From assembly GCA_043228905.1 (NCBI GenBank), contig JBHGNT010000006.1, positions 930,001 to 994,000 of the forward strand: a DNA stretch of 64,000 nt, in the 5' to 3' direction. The notes beneath the pieces are model-generated. The model was not told where the DNA came from and did not search any database. It worked only from the letters and a program-made list of their open reading frames with translations. The translations under genes and the position numbers were made by a program. Below are positions 52,252-63,880 of this stretch, piece after piece; position 1 is the first letter of the stretch, and every line of letters starts with the position of its first letter. The stretch is from Azolla caroliniana (Eukaryota > Plantae > Polypodiophyta).

Positions 52252-55200
52252 TGTTGGGAGACGGGTCCCTCCGGATGGGAAGAAAGAAGAACATTGCCGG
52301 ATGAAGAGTACCCGGCTACGGAGAGCCGGATGGTGCAGACCCGGTATGAACCGGATGAGGAGTACCCGGCTACGGAGAGCCGGATGGTGCAGACCCGGTA
52401 TGAACCGGATGAAGAGTACCCGGCTACGGAGAGCCGGATGGTGCAGACCCGATATGAACCGGATGAAGAGTATCCGGCTACGGAGACCCGGATGGTGCAG
52501 ACCCGGTATGAACCGGATGAGGAGTACCCGGCTACGAAGAGCCGGATGATACAGACCCGGTGAAGACCGGATGAGGAGTACCCGGCTACGGAGAACCGGA
52601 TGGTACAGACCCGGTGAGAACCGGACGAAGAGACATTTTCGTAAATATGTTTCTGAGAGCCCATCGAGGCTATATTTGTAAATATGTTTCTGAGAGCCCA
52701 TCGAGGCTATATTTGTAAATAGCCAAAAAGTCATATTAGTATAAATGTGACTTAGGGCAAACTTACTGAGTGTTGGTTATTATTTTCTTGTTGGTGCAAG
52801 AAGTAGAGAGCGCACGTAACAGTGTACAGAGAGAGAGAGAGAGAAAGAGGTCGCTGCCTCTGTTGTAACCGCCGCCTGTGGCGAAGATCGTGAGCACGAG
52901 GTCGTTGCCTCCGTGAACTCATTGTTTTGTACATTCTAGCATAGTGACAGTTTGCAGCCTGTGGGCTGCCGTGGTTTTTCCCTAGTTTGGGTTTTCCACG
53001 TAAACACCCTGTGTACTCTTCTCCTCTTTGTGTCACGTGTTTTCCGTTTCTTGTTTTCTGTGTATGAAAATAATCTCGGTTGTGGCCGAGCGTTGTGCAT
53101 AAGGAACATTGTAGTTCCCGTCAAGTGGTATCAGAGCAAAACGACACAAAAAATGGACGAATCGTTTGGCGGCATGTTCAAGCTCACCGGCTCCAACTAT
53201 TCAGTGTGGAAGTCGAAGATGGGGGACATGCTCGTGGTTAAAGACCTCTGGCTGCCGGTTCAGTTCGAGGACAAGAGACCGGACAAAATCGACGCCACGA
53301 TATGGGAGGTGATGCACATGAAGACAACGACGTACATACGGTGCTTCATCGACATGAGCCTATACAACAACTTCAATGAAGAGAGCAAGGCTCATGAGCT
53401 CTGGGAGAAGATCGGCATAATGTTTCAAAACAAAAATGTTGTTAATCAGGTTTCAGTATTCCGGAAGTTAGTAAGACTCCGGTACCAAGATGGCTCCAGC
53501 ATGGCGGAGCACATGAATGCCTTCTAGGGGCTGATACACCAGGCAACATCATTGGAAGTACCTCTCGCCGACGAGGTACTAGCGCTACTCCTGCTCGGTT
53601 CCCTCCCGGATAGCTGGGAGACGTTGGTTGTCACTTTGGGCAACGTCGGGCCGGAAGGAAAACGGTTATCCCTAGCAAGAGTGAAGTCAAGCTTGCTAGA
53701 TGAGGAGGCGCGTCGGAAAGATAAAGATACGAGCTCCGACTCCAAAGCGCTCCTTACCGAATCAGAACGCGGAAGACATAGAAACCGTAGTCCCCAGAAC
53801 CAGAAGAAGTCGGGGACACAATCAAAGTCAAGGGGGAGGCCCACTTGCTTCTATTGCGGCAAGCCGGGACACTTCCAAAAGAACTGTCGGCATTTCCGTA
53901 AAGACAAGGAGACCGACGGTACCGATTCGAACCGGACCCCGGACCGGAACAGTAAAGACCGGAGGGAGCCGGACCGGAAGGGAACGATGGCAATCGCGGC
54001 AAGTGAAGAAGAGTTGATGCTCATCACCGAGGAGAGTGAGATAAACCTTGCCGGCGACGAGATGACCTGGGTGGTAGACTCCGGAGCATCGTTCCACCTT
54101 ACCCCGGACCGGAAATGCTTCTCATCCTACTCAGCCGGTGATCACGGCTGTGTCCGGATGGGGAATGAAGGTACATGCCGAATTGTCGGCATAGGAGACG
54201 TGTGGTTGTCAACACCAACCAGATGCAAGTTGCTGCTGAAGGATGTCTGACACGTTCCGGAGGTTCGTCTGAATCTGATATCAGCCGGTCGGCTAGATGA
54301 TGAAGGCTACACGGGTAGCATCCAGAACGGTGTCATGAAGTTCAGCAAAGGGAGCCTGATTGTGGCTCGGGCCCGGAAGGTCAACACATTTTACCTGATG
54401 AATGCCCGGTTGTGTCCGGAAGAAGTGAACATGGCATCCGACACTGCCGGTGAGCTCTGGCACAAGAGACTGTGTTATATGAGCGAGAAGGGGATGAAGA
54501 GACTTGCAGACGACAACCTCAATCCAGTGAAGAACGTGCACTTGGAGAAGTGCACTAATTGTCTAGCCGGTAAACAAAACTGGACCTCCTTCCGACCAAG
54601 GCCACCGATGAGACGTAATGCACCACTAGAGTTGGTGCATACGGATGTGTGTCAAGTAGACACGAAATCACATGCCGGAGCGCAGTACTTCGTGACGTTT
54701 ATAGATGACCACAGCCGGAAGTTGTGGGCCACACCGTTGAAGACGAAGGATTAGGTGCTATCCGTCTTCAAAGAGCTCCACGCGAGAGTGAAAAGAGAAA
54801 CCGGCCGGAAGCTGAAGGCGGTTCGAGCAGATAACGGAGGAGAATACCGAGGGCAGTTCGAGGAGTACTGCCGCTCGAAGGGAATCCAGCTCGAATTTAC
54901 CGTACCGAAGATGCCGGAACTAAACGGACTAGCCGAGAGGATGAACCAGACCATAATGGAGAGGGTCCGGAGTATGCTAGCGCATGCAAAACTACCCAAG
55001 AAGTTTTGGGCTGAGGCACTGTCGACGGCGACATACATGATAAACAGATCACCCTCAGTACCCTTGGACGGAGACACGCCACAGAGAGTATGGACCGGTA
55101 AGGAAGTGTCCTACCGCCATCTAAAGGTGTTCGGGTGTCTCGCGTACGTGCATGTAGCTAAGGACCGGAGAGGAAAGTTAGATCCAAAGACCCGGCCATG

Positions 55201-58041
55201 CATATTCCTCGGTTACGGTGACGATGAGTTCGGCTACCAAATGTGGGACCCGATCGACAAGAAGGTATTCCAGAGTCGAGATATTATCTTCATGGAGGAC
55301 AAGACGCTCGCCGACTGGGAATCGGAGAAGAAGATAATGAACTCCGAGTCGACCGGTAAGGATAGACTCTACGATGAGCAGACCCAACCAGCAAGAGACC
55401 GGTTAGCACTCGAGGAACCAGCCAGTTACGGTGAGGATACCGAACCGGCAGAAGAAGAAGTAGAGGAAGCTGAGACCGGAACTGGCCTAGACCCCGAATC
55501 GGATTCGGATGAAGAGCAAATGGAGGAGCCTGCTACCGAAGCCCAGAGACGGAGATATCCTCTAAGAGAGAGAAGGGCCCCCCGGAGATTTCCGAATGCA
55601 GAACATGTGCTGCTAACCGATGAGGGGGAGTCGGAAAGCTTCAAAGAAGCGAAGGATGACACCCACAGCCAAAAATGGTTAAGTGCCATGCAGGACGAGA
55701 TGGATTCCCTGCATGAGAACCATACGTACGAATTGTTGGAGTTGCCGAAAGGAAAGCGGGCACTCCGAAACAAGTGGGGTACAAGTTGAAACCGGGAGAT
55801 GCCGGCAACCCCCCGAGATACAAAGCCAGGATCGTGGTGAAGGGGTTCCAACAGAAGAAGGGCGTGGACTTCAACGAGATATTTGCCCCGGTAGTAAAGA
55901 TGACCTCCATCCGGACGGTGTTGAGTATAGCGGCAAGCATGGACCTCGAGGTAGAACAACTGGACGTGAAGACGGCATTCCTTCACGGCGACCTCGAAGA
56001 GGAGATCTACATGCAGCAACCGGAAGGATTCGTGGAGAAAGGGAAGGAGCACCTGGTATGCCAGTTGAAGAAGAGGCTCTACGGGTTGAAGCAGGCCCCC
56101 CGGCAATGGTACCGGAAGTTCGACTCCTTCATGACAGACCAAGGGTACCACAACACACAGGCCGATCACTGCGTGTTTGTGAAGAAGTTCGAAGGAGGCG
56201 ACTTCCTGATACTCCTCCTGTACGTGGATGACATGTTGATCGTCGGACGTGACCAAGTCAAAATACAGATGCTGAAGAAGGCTCTCAACCGGACCTTCTC
56301 AATGAAAGACTTGGGTCCGGCAAGACAGATGCTGGGGATGCACATCATTCGAGATCGGTCAAAGAAGCAATTATGGTTGTCACAGGAGAAGTATGTGATA
56401 AAGGTGCTTCACCAGTTCAACATGTCAGAAGCGAAACCGGTCGGATCGACACTTCCGGCAAACTGCAGGCTATCCGGTAAGCAAAGCCTGAAGACAAAAG
56501 CAGAGAAGGCGGATATGATGAAGATTCCATATGCCTCTGCTGTCGGGAGCTTGATGTACGCAATGGTTTGTACCCGACCGGACATAGGAGACGCAGTCGG
56601 AGTGGTGAGCCGGTTCATGAGCAATCCCGGCAAGGAGCACTAGAACGCTATCAAATGGATACTCCGGTATTTGAAGGGCACTTCAAATGTGTCTGCGATT
56701 CGGCTCCGGAAAACCTCAACTTGACGGTTTCACCGATTCGGACATGTCGGTTGATGTGGATACCAGCCGGTCTACATCCAAGTATGTAATGACATATGCA
56801 GGGGGAGCTGTTTCGTGGCAGTCGAGGTTGGAGAAGACGGTTGCGTTGTCAACCACAGAGGCGGAGTACATGGCGGTTGTGGAAGCCGGCAAGGAAATAT
56901 TATGGATGAAGGACTTCATCGGAGAGCTCGGTATCCGGCAAGATGAATACCGACTCTATTGCGACAGTCAAAGTGCCATCCACCTTGCTAAGAATGCGGC
57001 CTACCATTCCCAGACGAAGCATATCCAACGAAGGTATCACTGGATCCGGGAAAGAGTAGATGACCAGGAGTTCGCACTGTCCAAGATCCAGACGGCCGAG
57101 AACGGGTCAGATATGTTGACCAAGGTTCTGATACCCGACAAGCTGGATGCATGCCGGAAGCAGATCGGACTGGTAAGACACCCCATGCCGGAGTGAAAGG
57201 GGAGTTTGTTGGGAGACAGGTCCCTCCGGATGGGAAGAAAGAAGAACAGTGCCGGATGAAGAGTACCCGACTACGGAGAGCCGGATGGTGCAGACCCGGT
57301 ATGAACCGGATGAGGAGTACCCGGCTACGGAGAGCCGGATGGTGCAGACCCGGTATGAACCGGATGAAGAGTACCCGGCTACGGAGAGCCGAATGGTGCA
57401 GACCCGATATGAACCGGATGAAGAGTACCCGGCTACGGAGAGCCGGATGGTGCAGACCCGGTATGAACCGGATGAGGAGTACCCGGCTACGAAGAGTCGG
57501 ATGATACAGACCCGGTGAAGACCGGATGAGGAGTACCCGGCTACGGAGAACCGGATGGTACAGACCCGGTGAGAACCGGACGAAGAGACATTTTCGTAAA
57601 TATGTTTCTGAGAGCCCATCGAGGCTATATTTGTAAATAGCCAAAAAGTCATATTAGTATAAATGTGACTTAGGGCAAACTTACTGAGTGTTGGTTATTA
57701 TTTTCTTGTTGGTACAAGAAGTAGAGAGCACACGTAATAGTGTACAGAGAGAGAGAGAGAGAAAGAGGTTGCTACCTCTGTTGTAACCGCCGCCTGTGGC
57801 GAAGATCGTGAGCACGAGGTCGTTGCCTCCGTGAACTCATTGTTTTGTACATTCTAGCATAGTGACAGTTTGCAGCCTGTGGACTGCCGTGGTTTTTCCC
57901 TAGTTTGGGTTTTCCACGTAAACACCCTGTGTACTCTTCTCCTCTTTGTGTCGCGTGTTTTCCGTTTCCTGTTTTTTGTGTATGAAAAGAATCTCGGTTG
58001 TGGCCGAGCGTTGTGCATAAGGAACGTTGTAGTTCCCGTCA
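52252..58041 (+). mobile_element. Full-length Ty1/copia element B (5.8 kb), pseudogenised, nested in family A integrase
   Basis: LTRs at 52252-53123 and 57207-58041; PBS TGGTATCAGAGC at 53126-53137; PPT at 57195-57204. gag-pol 53153-57196 has 4 premature stops and 2 frameshifts. Flanks are CACGT and CATGC. Confidence 0.95.
52297..52632 (+). repeat. 54-bp tandem array (about 6 copies) within LTR B; second copy at about 57252-57587
   Basis: Unit ccggatgaagagtacccggctacggagagccggatggtgcagacccggtatgaa. Confidence 0.92.
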
Positions 58042-59525
58042 CATGCCGGATGTTGTGCACCGGTTCATTAGGTAGACAGTCATATATACCGCTTCGGCCC
58101 AATATGACTTGGGCATATGCTTCTCGTTCATCATGGCCCGCGCTACTTCGAGGATGTGCCGATTTTTGCGCTCGGCTACTCCGTTTTGTTGCGGAGTGTG
58201 TCGGCAAGTGAATTCTCGTCGAATTCCTTCCTTTCGGAGATACGTCGTGAAATCGTCCGAGAAGTACTCCTTGCCGCCATCCGATCAAGGCATCGTACAT
58301 GTCGGCCCGTGGCTTTCTCGACTTCATTCTTGAACTTTTGGAAGTGTCCGAATACTTCGCTCTTTTGCCGCATCGGATAGATCCAAGTGTGCCTAGAAAA
58401 GTCGTCGATGAAGAGCATGTAATATCGGCATCCGCCGAATGTCGTCGTTTGGGCCGGACCCCATACATCGGAATGAATTACGTCGAGTACGCCTTTGCTC
58501 ACATTCCGCTCCTTCAGGAATGGGTGTCGGTGTTGCTTGCCGAATTGGCACGCTTCGCATACACCTTCAATCTCCTTCTCTTTGAATGTCGGGAATCCGA
58601 TAACGACTCCTTTCGATCTCATTGCTTTGAGTTTGTTGAGATTGATGTGGCCGATTCGCTTATGCCATAGCTCTATGTGGGAGTCGGCTTTCGTGCTTTT
58701 CGCGAACATGGCAGATTTCATCTCGTACGAATCGAGAATGAACATCTGGCCCTCTCTTCTTCCGCGTGCGATGATTCGGCCTTCTTTTTCGATGAAGCAC
58801 CCTTCTTGATCGAATCGTACTTAACATCGGGACATTTGAAACAGGTAATATGTCGCATTCTCTTTTTCACATCTTGAGGAGATGTTAAAATATGCCTTAT
58901 TTTAGCAGAATTTCAAAAAGGTACCACGCATGCATACATGGTTCCTTAAAACATAGCAAAAATTTCAACTAAATAATTTTATGTCAAGAAAATCAATAGC
59001 CTTATATTTCATATGTCATGTTTTTGGTGAAATTCTAAATTAATGGAATGGAATTATATGCAACTTTAATCATTTGAACCGTAATTGTGGCGAAGATAAA
59101 AATAGTTGCCCACGCCAAGAATGACATAGATGCTAATTTTATAATATAATCACATATAATACGTCAAACTTTAAAACTTAATAGTGTTATAACTCTAGAA
59201 GGTAGAAGTCAAAGATAAACATTTAATACCCTTAAAATTATAGACTTAGTCAAATTATACATAAATCAAATACTAAAGATTATCCGCACACAACGTTTCT
59301 AGATGACCCATCCTTGCACTATTGATGGCCAAAATCATCTATAAAAACCCTTGCAGACTTTCCAAAGAAAGGTTGAAGAACATGTAAAACATTAATACCA
59401 TTCAAATTATACACTTTGCCAAATAAACTCAAACTTTAAGTTTTAATTGTGTTCAAATGAAACAATAGTCACAAGTCAATGTTTATCATTTAATATCGTT
59501 CAAATAATACACCTAACCATAGAAA

Positions 59526-62500
59526 TCAATCTATAAGCTGGTCAGGCAACGTGGGCTCTTTTGGATGAATGGACTCTTCTAAATTGTCCTCTGTAGCATT
59601 GATTGTGTGCTCCGTTGAACCATGCATATGTTCAAATTCTATTACATCTTCTAGGTCCACAAGGTCCCCTGCGTCTTCATCTATAGGTTCCATTGGCTCT
59701 CTTGAAGTCATCTGAAACCTCTCTGTTTCATTGATGTGCTTCGCTCCGACTTCTTGATCTTGATCCGGACAATCCCAGATTCCTTGGATCCTCATTTTGA
59801 TGTAGTTAACTTGTTCAAGGTCCTTCTCCAACGCGACACAGTTTCTAAACATTTTTAATGCACAAGCTGTAGTAGTACCTGATCGTAAAATAGAAGTGCA
59901 GAAGTCAAAATAATAATGAAAGTCTATAACTTAATCAAATTAACGAGACTAAACTTATATTACATATACTTGTGCCAAAGAACAAATCCAGAACCCAATC
60001 ATCTGGGTTTGAGAAGAGCTCGATTAAGCGGTTGATCAATCTTTGAGGTTTTTGATAAGGGTTCACAAGGCTCTTTTCACCTGATACATGTCGAAGCTTC
60101 TTTGTCACAGCTGGGCACATTATATAATTTACAACGTTTCTTTCGTTAACGTGTGCCCGAGCCTTCTTCTTCGTTATTACATCATAATAACCCACACTAA
60201 GATGCTCAACTGCACTGACCATATGATCGCCCGGGCTACGTGTAATATTTGTTTTAATCCTATTGAACCCAAAACAAATGAGTTAAAATTTGAATGGAAC
60301 ATATATAAACCACATATCTAAGAGAATATTATCAAAAAACAACGTATAACTCACCAATGCATATGCTCTGTTGCATGACATCGTGACTTTAAAGCAGTTG
60401 TGACTGACAATGATTGACCCATGCTATGAAATATGACTATCCTCCACAATGGTGCTAAGGTCAACTCTGCGAAGTCCTTTACCATCTTCTCAATATGGGG
60501 GTGCTTGAAAGGCACATCATCGAACATGGAACCCGTGATCCGGAATCCGTACGGTATATCAGCAATAAGTAATGTATAGTGCCTTTTTGGTAATATGTCG
60601 AGCATATTCATCACATCCCCCTGGAATACACTATAATGTAATTGTTTGAAAGGGTCTGCTCTATGCAAAAAACTTTTTACCATTGCGAAGTCCTCCGGCA
60701 CTTCCAACTCCTTTCCTTTGTCATTCTTTTTTCGTATTTAGCACGTTCCAAGTGCGTAATGAACGAACTTGGAATACCGTCATTACTATCACCAACTTTC
60801 TTTGATCGAGGTGGTTTCTGCAAAATTCATTTCCTGTAAGGAATATATCTGATAAATGATAATTGAATCTTTTCAAATTGAAAATACACATACCCATTCT
60901 CTAAATACAATGAAGAACTCTTCTAATGCCTTATATGATGATGTTATTGGGCAAGCTTGTTCGACTTCTTCCCAGGTTGGTAGGCACAATTTTTTCATCA
61001 TCAATTCTTGTATCTTCATGTATACTTTATGACTAAAAATAAAATATTAAATGTGAAATCAGTTATCAAAGGAAATGCACAAGAATAAAGAAAAACATTT
61101 CAATTTTACATACTTTTGTAACTCAGTCACCATCTCGTCCAAGCTAAACTTCTTGGCTGCAACTCGAGACAACACAGATATTAACAATCTATCGTCTTTA
61201 ATTCCTTGTAGTGACCTCCAAGGTAGCAACTTCATATCTTCGGCCAACTCCTCGATAAATAAGTCACTTTTACGTGACTTTGTCTTCATCTCCACTTGTG
61301 GATCTACCTTGGCCTTCTTTGCCCGTTGACCTTTGACCTCCTTGCGCTCCCACATGCCAAATATTCTATCCTGGAGATCCCATACCTCACCTGTTCTAAA
61401 GGCAAGCTGAAACCATGAGTCATATTTCCGTAGCCCTTCAGATTTCGTACTCTCGTCAACTACAATACCCACTTCTAGTAAACATTGACGTCGTAAGCCA
61501 GGGTTCAACTTGGGTCCAAATCTTTGCAACGCATCCAAATACTCATGGTGAAAGAATCTGATGCGTTCGATACAAGACATATTTTGTCTATAATCATTAT
61601 CATTGTTGTGGTCCCATGCTAACAACTTGGCCTCTTCATGAGTAAGACCTGCATATACTTTACATTCTGCGTACTTAAAGAACGGAGTGAGCGGATATTC
61701 CTTGATGAGTTGATGTTGGGCTTCAGCTGAATGAGATCCTCCAATAACATAATAAGTATAATCATCTAAAGAGCTATATTTAAAATCAGCAACTGTCGGA
61801 CATTGTTCAGGGTCTACCATAACCAAAAAAGGTACGACGATTGCATGTGGATTTATCTTCATTTTGCTTTTCAAATTTTGTACATGCACTGCATGTGGCT
61901 CTCTAATCTCGAGCGTGCGTCTTCCAGTTTCAGGGTCGATGGGCAGCCTTTGAATTGAAGAAATTGGTAGATGGAAGAGTTGACCTTTTCGCACTAGTTT
62001 GGTCCTAGCTATATTTTCTCTAATCCGGTTTTGCTCTGAAGTCAATACACCGGAAGATATTTGCCCTCCTGGAGGGACAATTTCAAGTTGTTGTTCATCG
62101 TCTTCTTCTTCCTCGAACTCCAAGACGTCGAGGTCCTCGTCATTAGATATTTGTCGTTTTTGATATTTTTTATGTTTCGGTTTTGTTTTCCGAGACTTTT
62201 TAGGCGGAATCTCTGCTTCTGTGCTCATCATCTCTCCGGTAACATAAGGCCGAAGAGCTACAATAAGATTATTCTTTGGTTGCATATCTTTTCGCAAAGA
62301 TTTTGGGTGGCATACGTCAGGTACTAGGTTTCCTTCATCAACTTGCACTCGCCTTATACCACCGGAGCTCTCAACTTCGAGGAAGATAATGGACGAATCA
62401 TTGTCTTCATATTCTAAATTACGAACTTTACCATAGGGGAAGGTCTTCCCTAATTCAAGCTTTCCTTTTCCTTCCGACGTGGCAAATATGAGGAGCAATA

Positions 62501-62751
62501 CCCCATCTTCTTCAACATAAGTGAGACTCCATTTTACGTGTGAATAATTTTTTAGCTTATGCTCCGTGGACTTATCTTCTACGAGCATAATTTGTTTATT
62601 TTTCGTATTCCCTACGGATGATTTCGAAGTCCCATCACCTCCGGACTCGAATAATGATCGTCGAGACTTTTCTTTTAAAAAACTCTCCGAGTCATGTTTT
62701 GTCGGAGTCCGGAACTTCAACTTGAAAGACGGCACCTTCAGACGGGGCTCA
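59526..62751 (-). CDS. Spliced ParB-like domain plus beta-class DNA N6-adenine/N4-cytosine methyltransferase fusion; exons 62751-61114, 61032-60894, 60817-60355, 60259-59970, 59878-59526; one 1-nt frameshift at about 60738
   Basis: Four GT-AG introns with mutually consistent phases. ParB-like LPISSI..R..HVQNL..PFLV..YYVIGGSHSAEA..LAWDHN. MTase QGDVM..LLIADIPYG, WIKTN, NPYQKPQRLINRLIELFSNPDDWVLDLFFGTSTTTACALKMFRNCVALEKD. Confidence 0.8.
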
Positions 62752-62789
62752 CTGGGGAAAAAAGCAAAATATTTTCGTGAAATAAATGT

Positions 62790-63126
62790 AAAATATACGT
62801 GAATACACCAAAACACAACTAAATTCTCTTTAATACACCGTAGTACACGTAAAATACACATAAAACGCACCTAAATACACGTAAGTGCACCAAAATACCC
62901 TTAACTACATGTAAAACACACCTAAATACACTAAACCCTAAACTGAATACTCTCCAATACACCTAAGTACACGTAAAATAAACATAAAACACACCTAAAT
63001 ACACGTAAGTAGACCTAAACACACCTAAACACTACTAAATACATATAAATACACCTAAGTACATGTAACAGACACGTAAATACGACGAAATACACCTAAA
63101 TATACATAAAATACATCTAAATATAC
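62790..63126. repeat. Low-complexity AAATACACCT/AAGTACACGT-type tandem tract (probable intron)
   Basis: Degenerate 10-11-bp units. On - it is bounded by CAG|GTATAT (63126) and TTTCCCCAG (62752). Confidence 0.7.
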
Positions 63127-63127
63127 C

Positions 63128-63880
63128 TGCATCGGATTTCAGAGGATTTCCTATCCACTCCTCCCTAATCCGATGCACTGCATCGGATTTCAGAGGTTTT
63201 CTTATCATCTCCTCCCTAATCCGATGCAGTGCATCGGATTAGAGAGGACATCCTCTGAAATTCGTTGCACTGTGTCGGATTTCAGAGGTTTTCTGATCAT
63301 CTCCTCCCTAATCCGATGCACTGCATCGGATTAGGGAGGAAATCCTCTGAAATCAGAGGTTTTCTCATCATCTCCTCCCTACTCCGATGCATTACATTGA
63401 ATTTGGGAGGATATGATACGACATCCTCTGAAATCCGATGCATTGCATCGGATTTCAGAGGATATAATACAACATCCTTTGAAATACGATGCGTTTCATC
63501 GTATTAGGGAGGATTTTCTTCCTAATCCGATGCAGTGCATCGGATTTCAGAGGTTTCCTGATCATCTTCTCCCTAATCTGATGCAATGCTCCCTAATCCG
63601 ATGCACTACATTGGATTAGGGAGGATATGTTACGACATCGTCTGAAATCCGATGCATTGTATCAGATTGGGGAGGATAACCTCTGAAATCCGATGCATTG
63701 CATCGGATTTCAGAGGATGTCGTATCATATCCTCCCTAATCCAATGTAGTGCATCGGATTAAGGACGATAACCTCTTATTCTTATGTATGTGTTGTCTTA
63801 ATGTCCTATCTACCCCCATGCAGTTCATCGAGTTAGCGAGGAAGTACTTTCTAATCCGATGCACTGCATCGAATTAGAGA
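63128..63880. repeat. Array of about 14 palindromic units AATCCGATGCAnTGCATCGGATT with two interchangeable flanks (CCTCCCT / TCAGAGG)
   Basis: Perfect core copies at about 63167, 63218, 63310, 63432, 63524 and 63687, plus degenerate copies; spacing mostly about 40-55 bp. Confidence 0.9.

Larger units (their letters stand above)
49382..58822 (-). mobile_element. Copia family A element (3' LTR 49382-49742, RT/RNase H, integrase), 5'-truncated and interrupted by nested element B
   Basis: RT ORF 50524-51936, RNase H 50137-50520, integrase LWHKRIGH...CEAC...HSDVWGP...FIDDFSR at 58176-58745. The reading frame RCTTSGVHEVT is split by the insertion. Confidence 0.92.

Noticed and set aside
52102-52734. 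Repeat-protein ORFs (PDEEYPATESRMVQTRYE etc.), also at 56988-57652
   Set aside because: By-product of a 54-bp (multiple of 3) LTR tandem array that is open in several frames.
58823-58950. Helitron or TIR terminus for the MTase module
   Set aside because: Only an imperfect hairpin at about 58919-58948; no CTRR end, CACTA or TSD at the junction.
59526-62751. Bacterial contamination as the source of the MTase
   Set aside because: The gene is split by AT-rich GT-AG introns, two of which interrupt conserved motifs, and it is contiguous with plant retroelements.
62752-62870. ORF-track N-terminus MRFMCILRV... of the 603-aa ORF
   Set aside because: It lies in the low-complexity tract upstream of a clear splice acceptor and is probably intronic.
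63128-63880. CRISPR array
   Set aside because: Inter-repeat segments are themselves repeated and flip orientation; there are no unique spacers or cas genes, and the context is eukaryotic.
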